A stretch of 64,000 bases of DNA from Spirochaetia bacterium (GTDB lineage: Bacteria > Spirochaetota > Spirochaetia > CADAEX01): assembly GCA_963662795.1 (NCBI GenBank), contig OY759746.1, positions 32,001-96,000 of the forward strand, in the 5' to 3' direction. A program made the translations under genes and the position numbers. Below, one piece after another: positions 9,784-20,100 of the stretch. Under the pieces are notes generated by a model. That model was not told the DNA's origin and searched no databases. It worked only from the letters and a program-made list of their open reading frames with translations. Every line of letters begins with the position of its first letter. Position 1 is the first letter of the stretch.

Positions 9784-11572
9784 GCCAGACAAACTCCCAT
9801 GGATGCAGCGTAATCATTGGGGAGATGCCGGAGAGCAGCAATGCCGCGGATTTTTTTCCCGTAATTATATCTGTAAACCTGCCGGGGCTGTTTTCATCAA
9901 ATATTTCCCATCCCGGAAAACTTTTAAGCACTTTTCCGCTGATATTAAAAATACAGAGGACCGCCCCCTCCCCGGGATCTGATCCTGGAGGAATCCGTAA
10001 AAATGCAAAAAGAGATCCGTCTCCGGAAAGGACCTTCTGGGTGCCTCTCGGATGAAATGCTTTCTCGCTTTTCCTTGCCAGCAGAAGCTGCCTGTACCTG
10101 TCAAGGATAATCCGGCGGTCGGAGTTTTCATCTTCAAGCTCTTTTTCAATGCTTTCAAGATCAAGCTTTTCCCTGTTTATTGTCCGGTTCATTCCTGTGA
10201 TTTCAACGCCTTTCCTGTAATTGAGCGACCCGATAATGCTGTGTATATAGATTCCGGGAACCCCTTCCATGGCAAGCATTATCGCCTGGGATGCAATATA
10301 TTTATCAATTGCTTCAGTTGTGCTCAGTTTGCGCTTATCCGGGCCGGCAGACGTGTTATCAGCTACACCTTTCTCTCCGGCAATAGCAGAACGGTAATTG
10401 ATATTAAGCTCATATGGGATTTTACCGTCTTTTACAGCCTTGTATGATACAAAACCGCCTCTTTCAGTCACCTCAGAGAGCATATTCTCAATCTCTTCCG
10501 GTTCAAGTATTCCATTTGCAGGCAAAACACCGATACCATCGTGAGAGGCAAGAAAATTAAAAAACGTAACATCAGAAGACGGTTTGGAGAGTGATTCAGC
10601 CGCCCATTTTCTGAGATGAGATGCATCTTCCCGCAAAAAAGCGTCAAATGTCAAAGGAGGAAGCGCGAACTGATAAACCATGTGAGCTTCATCATGACCG
10701 CTGCCGAAATATGAAAGGTTTTCCCTGTGGGGCACATTGGTTTCAGTTATTATTACTACCCAGGGGGCAAACAGTTTCACCGCTTCCCTGAAAACCTTAA
10801 CAACAGCATGGGTCTTTTCGTGATGCAGGCAGGAGTGCCCCTCTTCCTTCCAGAGAAACGCTATTGCGTCGAGACGGATTATCTGCACTCCATAACGGAT
10901 ATACATAAAAAATATTGAAAGCATCTCTTTTAAGACCCCAGGATTTGCGTAGTTCAGGTCCACCTGGTCAGCGCTGAATGTAGTCCATACAAGTTTTTCA
11001 CCGTCTGCTGTGGAAAAAGGGGTAAGAAGGGGGAGAGCTCTCGGCCTGAATACCATTGAGACATCTGTGCCCGGTGTTACTGTAATAAAAAAATCTTTGT
11101 AAAAAGAGTCCCATTCAAGATATTTTTTAAACCACATGCTTTTAGCGGAACAGTGATTAATAACCAGATCTGCCATCAGCTTGTATGTCTTTCCGATTTC
11201 AATAACATCATCCCAGCTGCCCCACCCTGGATTGACAGCCCTGTAGTCAATAACAGAAAACCCGTCATCTGAAGAATAAGGTGAAAACGGGAGGATATGA
11301 ACGGCGGAAACCGCATCTCCGATATTGCCTGTGATGAATTTTTCAAGCTGTTTTAGGGGGGCCTGTCCTTTAGTGCTGAACTGGTCACCGTATGTAATAA
11401 GAACCGAATCTGTCTCATCTACCGGAAGTTTTTTCTCTTTACCTGGGCCGGAAGGTTTATTAATTCCCTGAGACGCTTTTTCAAGTTCTCCAATAATAAG
11501 GTCTGAAACCTCTTTTTCCCTGTCCCTGCCGTAAATAAAACCTAAATAATCTTTTAATATTGAATAATCCAT
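9773..11572 (-). CDS. ycjM: GH13_18 glycoside phosphorylase, most likely glucosylglycerate phosphorylase
   Basis: 'LITYGDQF', 'SSDDGFSVIDY', nucleophile 'RLDAIAF', acid/base 'ITETNVPH', 'ASHDGIG', 'PYELNINY'; ETN/YELN in place of the sucrose phosphorylase EIH/YQ signature. Confidence 0.85.
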   Translation of the reverse strand: MDYSILKDYLGFIYGRDREKEVSDLIIGELEKASQGINKPSGPGKEKKLPVDETDSVLITYGDQFSTKGQAPLKQLEKFITGNIGDAVSAVHILPFSPYSSDDGFSVIDYRAVNPGWGSWDDVIEIGKTYKLMADLVINHCSAKSMWFKKYLEWDSFYKDFFITVTPGTDVSMVFRPRALPLLTPFSTADGEKLVWTTFSADQVDLNYANPGVLKEMLSIFFMYIRYGVQIIRLDAIAFLWKEEGHSCLHHEKTHAVVKVFREAVKLFAPWVVIITETNVPHRENLSYFGSGHDEAHMVYQFALPPLTFDAFLREDASHLRKWAAESLSKPSSDVTFFNFLASHDGIGVLPANGILEPEEIENMLSEVTERGGFVSYKAVKDGKIPYELNINYRSAIAGEKGVADNTSAGPDKRKLSTTEAIDKYIASQAIMLAMEGVPGIYIHSIIGSLNYRKGVEITGMNRTINREKLDLESIEKELEDENSDRRIILDRYRQLLLARKSEKAFHPRGTQKVLSGDGSLFAFLRIPPGSDPGEGAVLCIFNISGKVLKSFPGWEIFDENSPGRFTDIITGKKSAALLLSGISPMITLHPWEFVWLKM

Positions 11573-11612
11573 AATCCAACTTTATTACAGTGTTTATAGT
11601 AATGCAAATAGT

Positions 11613-11641
11613 TTGACTAACTTTTTTCCCGAATTTAAACT
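11613..11641 (+). promoter_or_regulatory. Sigma70-type promoter for the glycosyltransferase
   Basis: TTGACT-17 bp-TAAACT, 11 nt before ATG 11653. Confidence 0.5.
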
Positions 11642-11652
11642 ATCATATATTT

Positions 11653-13287
11653 ATGGAAAAAATCAAAATTGCACTGTTTCATTATCATTTTCTTCCAGGC
11701 GGAGTGGCAACTGTCGCAGCTCTTGCAGTCAATGCGCTTCTCGAGTACGGACTTGATAATTCAATGCAGAAAGATTCTTTCCTGATCGAGGAAATCTGCT
11801 TTATTTCAGGAAGAGAAGAGAACCTTGAAAATCTCATTTCCTCAAAAATCATAAAACCTGAGGGGAATAATGCAAGGATAGGATATGAAGTCTGCCATGC
11901 AATAGATTACCTCTCCGCGGAGAGTCAGAGCGGCAGTCAGCATGAAAATACCGGGGCAGCAGATGAAATATTAAAGCTGTTTAAAAAATACAGCTCATAC
12001 ATCTGGTGGATACACAACTATCATCTTGGGAAAAACCCTTTGTTTACCTCGCTTTTAACGCAGTACCTCTCTGAAAACAGCAGCCAGAAGGCAATTCTTC
12101 ATATACACGATTTTCCGGAATGCGGGAGACTCAGTAACTTAAATTATCTTACAGGGTATGTAAAATCATTATACCCGGTAAAAAAAAATATCCGTTATGC
12201 GGCAATAAACGCAAGGGACACAGGATATCTGATCAGGGCGGGAATTCCACAATGCTGTGTAAGCCTTCTGTACGACCCCGTGCCGGACAACATGGTTCAT
12301 AAACCCTTTCAGGATGAATCAGCAGAAGAGGCAGAAATCAGAGATAAAGCAAAAAAAATACTTTCAGGCGCGTACGGAAAATTCTTTCCCGGATTCAGGC
12401 CCGATAAACCTTTTGCCCTCTATCCGGTAAGGACAATCAGGAGAAAAAATATACTCGAGGCGGCTCTTCTTGCCCATATTACAGGAGATGGGTTTAACCT
12501 TATTGTCACTTTGCCGGGTGTTTCTGATCAGGAAAAAAAATATTCTGATATTGTAAAAAGCTGTTTTGAAAGCGGGTCAGCTCCTGGAATATGGGGCTGC
12601 GGCAGCACAGTCTACGGAGAAGCGGCATCATTTGATAATGTTATAGCAGCGTCTGATTTTATAATATCATCATCTGTGCTTGAAGGTTTCGGGTATCTTT
12701 TCATTGATGCACTCAGATGGAGCAAACCGTTTGCGGCCCGCTATCTTGATATCATCGAAGGGTTTAAAGATATCTTTGATAATACAGCGTCCTGTTTTTA
12801 CAGATCAGTAAATGTTCCGCTGAGCATCGGGGAAAGGGAAGAAATTCTCACCCGATGGCTGGCACTGATAAAAACATATTCAAATGTCATTGACAGCTCT
12901 TTGGTAAAATTAATTGAAAGTAATATTTCATCCCTCTTCACCATGGAATACACAGACTTTTCCTTTCTTCCGGTAAGTAAACAGGCAGAAATACTTTTGC
13001 GAACAAAAAATGACTTTAGTTTCAGGGATGATATCAAGCAATTAAACTCAAAAGTTATAAGTGAAATTCTTAATACGATGGAGAGAATACAGACTTACGA
13101 TACAGCAAAAGCAGCAGATTATTTTTCATATAAAACTTTTGCAGGTAATTTCAATCAGGTTATCAGTTCTTTTAACATGAATAAAAAGGAATCAGAATTA
13201 TCAAATTCCCTGAATGATATTTCAGGAAAACTGCTTTCTTTTTTTGTGAAGCCTGAATACTTAAGATTATTACTTGCGGAAAAATAA
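11653..13287 (+). CDS. GT-B fold (GT4-like) glycosyltransferase of unknown specificity
   Basis: 'HYHFLPGGVATV', 'HNYHLGKN', 'HIHDF', 'YPVRTIRRKNILEA' and the GT4 acidic motif 'SVLEGFGYLFIDA'. Confidence 0.75.
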   Translation: MEKIKIALFHYHFLPGGVATVAALAVNALLEYGLDNSMQKDSFLIEEICFISGREENLENLISSKIIKPEGNNARIGYEVCHAIDYLSAESQSGSQHENTGAADEILKLFKKYSSYIWWIHNYHLGKNPLFTSLLTQYLSENSSQKAILHIHDFPECGRLSNLNYLTGYVKSLYPVKKNIRYAAINARDTGYLIRAGIPQCCVSLLYDPVPDNMVHKPFQDESAEEAEIRDKAKKILSGAYGKFFPGFRPDKPFALYPVRTIRRKNILEAALLAHITGDGFNLIVTLPGVSDQEKKYSDIVKSCFESGSAPGIWGCGSTVYGEAASFDNVIAASDFIISSSVLEGFGYLFIDALRWSKPFAARYLDIIEGFKDIFDNTASCFYRSVNVPLSIGEREEILTRWLALIKTYSNVIDSSLVKLIESNISSLFTMEYTDFSFLPVSKQAEILLRTKNDFSFRDDIKQLNSKVISEILNTMERIQTYDTAKAADYFSYKTFAGNFNQVISSFNMNKKESELSNSLNDISGKLLSFFVKPEYLRLLLAEK

Positions 13288-13330
13288 TGCTGAACTCCTT
13301 TTGCATTTCTTGTTTGAGCTCAGCAAAAAA
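13288..13330. terminator. Hairpin between convergent genes
   Basis: TGCTGAACTC ... GAGCTCAGCA inverted repeat with one mismatch, flanked by A tracts. Confidence 0.45.
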
Positions 13331-13353
13331 CCAGTTAACACTGTTCAGGCTGT

Positions 13354-15312
13354 TTAAATCTTTCTTTTTACAGTTTTCCGTATTTTATAGAACTGAATGG
13401 AACAGGCAACCACGATCAGGCAAAAACCTGCAAGGTCAGTTATCCCTTCAGGAAAAATAAGCATCAGCCCGCCTGCAAAAAAGAGCAGCCTTTCAAATCT
13501 GTTTGTAAATGTATAGAAATACCCTTCCATGGCAGCGCTAAGGCTGACCATTCCGATAAGGGAAGTTATAACAATCTGTGCAATCTGAAGCGGAGTTGTA
13601 TTGATCAAAAGAAGCGAAGGTGAAAAAGCGAAAATATAGGGTATGATAAAAGCTGCAATCGCGAGTTTTGTCGCCTGAACTCCTGTTTTAAAAGGGTTAC
13701 TTTTTGCAATTGCAGAGCCTGCATAGGCGGCAAGAGCAACCGGAGGGGTGATATCTGCAATTATTCCGAAATAAAATGTAAACATGTGCGCAGCAAGCAT
13801 TGGAACACCAAGCTGTACAACTGCTGGAGCTGTTATGGTTGATGTAATGAGATAGTTGGCTGTAGTCGGGATACCCATACCGAGAATCAGGGAAGATATC
13901 ATTGTAAAAAACAGGGTAAAGAACATGTTGCCGCCTGCAAGCGCGACAAGACCGGAAGCCATTTTAAGACCGAGACCGGTCAGGGTAACTATCCCGATAA
14001 TTATTCCTGCAGTTGCGCATGCTGCAGCTACTCCCAGGATGTTGCGTCCGGCGTTTTCAAGTGCATCGATAAAGTCCCTGAAACTCATTCTTGTGCATTT
14101 CCTCATCATGCTCGCAATAACAGAAGTGATGATTCCGTTAAGAGCCGCCCTTACAGGGGTAGCTCCCTGAACCAGGAAATATACAATAACAATAAGGGGG
14201 ATAATTAAATGGCCCCTTTCTTTCATGACTTTGAAAATGCGCGGTATTTCATCTTTACTCATCCCGCCGAGACCCAGTTTTTTTGCTTCAAGATGTACCA
14301 TGATAAAAATTCCGGTAAAATATAAAAGCGCCGGTATAATTGCGGCTTTCGCTACTTCGATATATGGAATACCGAGCGTTTCCGACATCAGAAAAGCAGC
14401 AGCACCCATAATCGGCGGCATAAGCTGACCACCGGTCGAGGCTGATGCTTCAACCGCTGCCGCGAATTCAGGTTTATAGCCCAGCTTTTTCATCATAGGA
14501 ATTGTAAAACTGCCTGAACCAACAGTGTTGGAAACAGAGCTTCCTGAAATTGTTCCAAGCATTGCTGAAGTTATTATCGCGACCTTGGCAGGGCCTCCTG
14601 CGGCAAAACCCGCTATCGCATTGGCAAGGTCGATAAAAAATTTTGCAATCCCTGTTTTGTCAAGAAAGGCGCCGAAAAGGATAAAGAGGAAAATAAATGT
14701 GGCGCTTACTCCGAGCGGCACCCCTATAATCCCTTCAGTAGTATAAAAAAGATGTCCGACAACACGCCTGAATGAATAACCGCGGTGATTAAGAAAACCG
14801 GGCATATACGGGCCTGCAAAAGCATAGGTTATAAAGGTAGCCGCAATTATTACTATAGGCCAGCCTACAACGCGGCGGCACGCTTCAAGGACAAGCACTA
14901 TCCCGACAGCGGCGACAAAAATATCCATGTTGTTAAAAGCTCCTGACCTGTCGATCAGACCTTCATAATTAATTGTTATATAAAGAGCCGAAAGCGATGC
15001 GGTGAGGGAAAGAACAACATCATACCAGGGTATTGAAGTCTGTCTGGATGATTTCAGGAAAGGATAAAGAAGGAAAACAAGCAGAAGGACGAAAGCCAGA
15101 TGCATGGAACGCTGTATCTGGGCCGGCAGCAGACCGAATGAAGCGGTCCAGAGCTGAAAAACAGAGAAAGAAACGCAAATAAAAGCTACCATCATATGCA
15201 GATAGCCGGTAAGACGCCTGTACCCTGATTCCTTGTCTACTTTTACGAGGATATCGCTTACATCAATTTCTGTGCGCCCCTCTTTTGCCTCAGTCTGCTT
15301 AACTTCTTCCAT
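13354..15312 (-). CDS. TAXI-type TRAP transporter, fused DctQM (4TM/12TM) permease
   Basis: Highly hydrophobic 652 aa; 'GGPAKVA', 'STGGQLMPPIMGAAAF', 'ITPPVALAAYA'. Confidence 0.93.
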   Translation of the reverse strand: MEEVKQTEAKEGRTEIDVSDILVKVDKESGYRRLTGYLHMMVAFICVSFSVFQLWTASFGLLPAQIQRSMHLAFVLLLVFLLYPFLKSSRQTSIPWYDVVLSLTASLSALYITINYEGLIDRSGAFNNMDIFVAAVGIVLVLEACRRVVGWPIVIIAATFITYAFAGPYMPGFLNHRGYSFRRVVGHLFYTTEGIIGVPLGVSATFIFLFILFGAFLDKTGIAKFFIDLANAIAGFAAGGPAKVAIITSAMLGTISGSSVSNTVGSGSFTIPMMKKLGYKPEFAAAVEASASTGGQLMPPIMGAAAFLMSETLGIPYIEVAKAAIIPALLYFTGIFIMVHLEAKKLGLGGMSKDEIPRIFKVMKERGHLIIPLIVIVYFLVQGATPVRAALNGIITSVIASMMRKCTRMSFRDFIDALENAGRNILGVAAACATAGIIIGIVTLTGLGLKMASGLVALAGGNMFFTLFFTMISSLILGMGIPTTANYLITSTITAPAVVQLGVPMLAAHMFTFYFGIIADITPPVALAAYAGSAIAKSNPFKTGVQATKLAIAAFIIPYIFAFSPSLLLINTTPLQIAQIVITSLIGMVSLSAAMEGYFYTFTNRFERLLFFAGGLMLIFPEGITDLAGFCLIVVACSIQFYKIRKTVKRKI

Positions 15313-15853
15313 TAAGAGCTCCTTTTCTTAAGTAATCCATCACATAGTACATCGCAATTTCAGCTGCTGATAATTTTTTTACCTGAAATCTCAGATTTGT
15401 CTGAGGTTTGGCAAGATCACTTAAGGGGATGCTGCCTGACTTCAAAATAATTGTATGATCAGCTATAGTCCCCACAAAGACAACAAGATCATCAACAATC
15501 CTGTTTATATCATGATAATCGATATAATCTTTCTCGACTGAAAAATCTGATGATTCCTCTTCAGGAAAACTTGCCACCCCTGCCCCGAATGAGCTGAACC
15601 GGCTTGAATCAAGGATAATGAGTCCGTCTTTCCTGATTTTAAAAATATCAGTAATTTTACTTTTATTAACTGAATGAATATATGAGATGGCAAATTCCAT
15701 ACCCGGCTTGAATGCCGTGCTGTACACAATCCTGCCATCCCTGACCTTTTCGATAACAAACCTGTCTGTCGCCGGAATAAAAAGAGATATGATTAATACG
15801 GCGGTAAAAAAAACGGGGAGCAGTCTGCTCCCCGGCAGCGATTCATTCTTCAC
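15299..15853 (-). CDS. DUF1850-family protein (accessory gene of TAXI-TRAP operons)
   Basis: N-terminal anchor, 'FAISYIHSVNK', 'FSSFGAG', located between the TAXI binding protein and the permease. Confidence 0.75.
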   Translation of the reverse strand: MKNESLPGSRLLPVFFTAVLIISLFIPATDRFVIEKVRDGRIVYSTAFKPGMEFAISYIHSVNKSKITDIFKIRKDGLIILDSSRFSSFGAGVASFPEEESSDFSVEKDYIDYHDINRIVDDLVVFVGTIADHTIILKSGSIPLSDLAKPQTNLRFQVKKLSAAEIAMYYVMDYLRKGALNGRS

Positions 15854-15860
15854 AGGTTAT

Positions 15861-16832
15861 TTATTTAATAACACCCATTTCTTTATAGTATTTGGCAGCA
15901 CCCGGATGAAAAGGAACAGAAGCTCCCATTACCGCATCTTTCAGAATCAGGTTGTTCCCTTTTGCATGGGCCTGGGCAAGATCCGGCTGCTTGTCAAAAA
16001 GTGTTTTTGTAAGATTATAAACTACTTTTTCAGAAATATCGTTATTTACAATAAGTGTTGCTTTTACGGCAACAGTATCAGCATCCATTTCCATACCGTT
16101 ATAGGTATCTTTGCTTATTGTGAACTCGGTATAGAATTTGTAATTATCCATAAGCTTCTTTTTTGCAGCTGCATCAAGAGAAATCAGCTTTACACCGCCT
16201 ATTGTAGCAATTTCCTGTATCGCCGCATTGGGAATACCGGCTGTTACGAAAAACCCTTCAATCTGCTTGTCTTTAAGAGCTGCGCCTGATTCCTTGAATG
16301 AAAGTCTTTTTGTCTGCAGATCATCAAATGTAAGGCCATAGGCTTCAAGAATCTGTTTTGCATTGGCCTCAACACCGCTTCCTGCATCGCCGACAGAAAT
16401 ACTCTTACCTTTCATGTCAGCAATTGAATTTATCTTGCTGTCTTTTGCAACTACGATCTGTACAATTTCAGGATAAAGAGTTGCAACTGTTGAGAAAGTA
16501 TCAACTTTCTCTCCATCAAAAAGCTCTATTCCTTTCATTGCATAATCCATAACATCATTCTGGACTATCGCGAGTTCTGCTTCAGCTTTTCCGACAAGCC
16601 TTATATTTTCCTTTGAAGCGCCTGTTGACTGAGCTGTGACATTCATCCCTTCAATATTTGAATTCCAGATCTGGGCCATTGCTCCGCCGAATGGATAATA
16701 TGTTCCTGATGTTCCGCCTGTTGCAAGAATCAAATTTACCTTTTCCACTGCTGCTTCTTTTTTCTGGCAGCCTGCAAGAATACCGGACAGAAGTACGGCA
16801 GCAAGCAGAATCATGATAATAATTTTTTTCAT
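15861..16832 (-). CDS. TAXI-family TRAP solute-binding lipoprotein
   Basis: Lipobox LAGC, 'ATGGTSGTYYPFG', 'STGASKENI', 'PFHPGAAKYY'. Confidence 0.93.
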   Translation of the reverse strand: MKKIIIMILLAAVLLSGILAGCQKKEAAVEKVNLILATGGTSGTYYPFGGAMAQIWNSNIEGMNVTAQSTGASKENIRLVGKAEAELAIVQNDVMDYAMKGIELFDGEKVDTFSTVATLYPEIVQIVVAKDSKINSIADMKGKSISVGDAGSGVEANAKQILEAYGLTFDDLQTKRLSFKESGAALKDKQIEGFFVTAGIPNAAIQEIATIGGVKLISLDAAAKKKLMDNYKFYTEFTISKDTYNGMEMDADTVAVKATLIVNNDISEKVVYNLTKTLFDKQPDLAQAHAKGNNLILKDAVMGASVPFHPGAAKYYKEMGVIK

Positions 16833-17118
16833 AGATTTACAAATCCTCCTTTATGTCATTGTAACTACTGAATTCAGTGTTATCATGAAATATTGTTAAA
16901 ATCAAGATTTTATAGTGTACAATTTATTTTTAATAACTTTTAAGCATTTTTCTTGAAAAAACTGATACTTACTTTTCTTTCAAACTGTTTTTTAAGCATT
17001 TTTTGCGGATTATGCATTTCAGAGGATATTCAATTGGACTCATTATGTGATTTTGCATGATTTTAATGCATTTTCTTAAATTTTTTATTGTGATTGCTTT
17101 AACGACACCTGAAAACTA

Positions 17119-17147
17119 TTGTCATTAAAACCTATTCAAACTATAAT
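17119..17147 (+). promoter_or_regulatory. Near-consensus sigma70 promoter for nifJ
   Basis: TTGTCA-17 bp-TATAAT; GAGG RBS before ATG 17189. Confidence 0.7.
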
Positions 17148-17188
17148 AATCGCGAAAATATTCATTAAGAAAAAATGAGGATAAAATA

Positions 17189-20100
17189 ATGGCAGAAAAA
17201 AAAATGGTTACTATCGACGGTAATGCAGCTGCGGCACATGTTGCGTATGCATTTAGCGAAGTAGCGGCAATCTATCCGATTACTCCCTCTTCCACAATGG
17301 GCGAATACGCGGATTCATGGTCATCTATAGGCAGAAAAAATGTATTCGGAAAAACTGTAGATGTTATCGAAATGCAGTCAGAGGCCGGCGCAGCCGGTGC
17401 AGTTCATGGAGCACTGTCAGGCGGAGCCCTGACCACGACCTTTACTGCATCACAGGGACTTCTTTTAATGATCCCGAATATGCATAAAATTGCCGGAGAA
17501 ATGCTCCCGACAGTTTTTCATGTATCTGCAAGATCTCTTGCAGCCCAGTCCCTTTCAATCTTTGGAGATCATTCCGATGTTATGTCTGTTAGAAACACCG
17601 GTTTTGCCCTTATGGCAGCATCTTCAATCCAGGAAACAATGGATCTTGGCGTAGTTTCACATCTTTCAACTTTAAAAGGTCAGATCCCGTTTCTGAATTT
17701 CTTCGACGGGTTCAGGACTTCACATGAAATCCAGAAAGTAGAAGAATTTTCATATGATGCAATAAAGGGCCTTGTTGAACCTGAATATATCGAAAAATTC
17801 AGGGCAAGAGGACTTAAACCTGAGAATCCGGTCCTTAAAGTTGGAGCACAGAACCCTGATGTCTACTTCCAGGGAAGAGAAACAGTTAACAAATATTATG
17901 ACGCGCTTCCTGAAATTGTTCAGAGCTATATGGACAAGGTCGCAAAGGTTACCGGCAGGGCTTATCACCTCTTTGATTATGTAGGGGCCAAAGATGCCGA
18001 GAAAGTTATTATTGCAATGGGTTCAGCATGCGACACAATTGAACTTACAGTAAAACATCTCATGGCAAAGGGAGAAAAGGTCGGACTTCTTAAAATAAGA
18101 CTTTTCAGGCCTTTCTCAGTTAAAGCATTCCTTGATGCAATCCCTGCTTCGTGCAAAAAGATTGCAGTTCTTGACAGGACAAAGGAACCGGGTGCGATCG
18201 GAGAACCTCTATTTACAGATGTTTCAACAGCCCTTTACGGAAAAGACATAAAAGTAATCGGCGGCAGATATGGACTTTCAAGCAAAGAATTCACACCTTC
18301 AATGGTTAAGGCTGTTTTTGATCATATTGACGGCAAGGCATTCCATAACTTCACAGTCGGTATCAATGATGATGTTACAAACCGCTCAATTCCTGTAACA
18401 GAAAACATCGATGTATCTCCCAAAGATGTAATCAACTGCATTTTCTGGGGACTGGGTTCAGACGGAACAGTCGGCGCAAATAAAAACTCAATCAAGATTA
18501 TCGGTGAAAATACTGATATGACTGCCCAGGCTTACTTTGTATATGACTCAAAAAAATCAGGCGGTATTACTACCTCTCACCTCAGATTCGGCAAGAGCTC
18601 GGTTAATATGCCTTTCCTTATTGATAACGCCAACTTTGTGGCATGCCACAATCCCGCATATATCGGAAGATACGACATGCTCGGCGCAATAAAAGCGGGC
18701 GGGACATTCCTTCTGAATTCTGAATATGACAGCTCTGTTGTTTTCAATCATCTTTCAAGACAGGACCAGGAGCAGCTGATCAATAAAAAAGTTAAATTCT
18801 TCAATATCAATGCATTAAAGATTGCTGAAGAGTCAGGCCTCGGAGGAGGAAGGATCAATACAGTCATGCAGGCTGCATTTTTCAAAATCTCCGGAATTCT
18901 TCCCGAAGATGAAGCAATAAAGCTTATCAAGAATTCAATCAAGAAATCATTCAGCAAAAAAGGCGAAGATATTGTAAAAATGAACTGGGACTGCGTTGAC
19001 AAGACATCCGAAGCGCTCAAGGAAGTAAAGGTGCCCTCTTCAATTACAGAATCCTACACTCCTCCAAAACTTATCAGGGATGATGCTTCAGTTTTCGCAA
19101 AAAATATTATTGAGCCGATCATGTACCTGAAAGGCGATGGGATACCGGTTTCAAAAATGTCATTTGACGGAATAATCCCGACAGCGACTACAAAACTTGA
19201 AAAAAGGGGAATTGCTCCAAGAGTACCGAAATGGCTCATGGAAAACTGTATTCAGTGTAACCAGTGCGTTATGGCATGTCCTCACGCAGTTATAAGGGCA
19301 AAACAGATTGCTCCCGAAGATATTAAAAACAAACCTGCCGGTTTCGAAACAATGGCATCAAATACCAAAAATGAAAAAAGTCTTGAATACAGGATTCAGG
19401 TATATATTGAAGACTGTACAGGATGCGGTGTCTGCGTCGATGTCTGCCCGGGTAAAAAACAGATGAAAGCTCTTGAGTTCAGCACTCTTGAAAAAGAAAG
19501 AGAAGCAGGAATGACAGAATGCGCAAATTTCTTCGACAAACTCCCCAACAATGTTATGGACGGTACTTCAGAATCCAATGTCAAGGGAATCGGTTTCAAA
19601 CAGCCTCTGTTTGAATTCTCAGGCGCATGCGCAGGATGCGGTGAAACACCTTATGTAAAAATGGCTACACAGCTTTTCGGCGAAAACATGATTATCGCCA
19701 ATGCTACAGGCTGTTCATCAATATACGGCGGTACTTTCCCGACAATCCCGTACTGTAAAGCTGACAACGGCAGAGGACCTTCATGGGCAAACTCTCTCTT
19801 CGAGGATAACGCGGAATACGGGTTTGGAATGAGGCTTGCGGTTGACAATAACAGAAGCCTTCTCAAAATAAAGGTTGAAAACCTGCTTAAAGCAGGGACA
19901 ACACAGGAACTGAAAGCCGCTCTTGAAAGCGCTCTTGCAAACTGGGACAAAAAAGACGCTGAAGCGCTGGCAATTCAGAATAAGATCACTTCCCTTCTTG
20001 ACCCTGCCTACAAAGCCGCAAGCGGAGAGGCTAAAGAAGACCTCAGGAAAATTATTGAATTAAAAGATTACTTTGTAGACAAGAGCGTCTGGATATTCGG

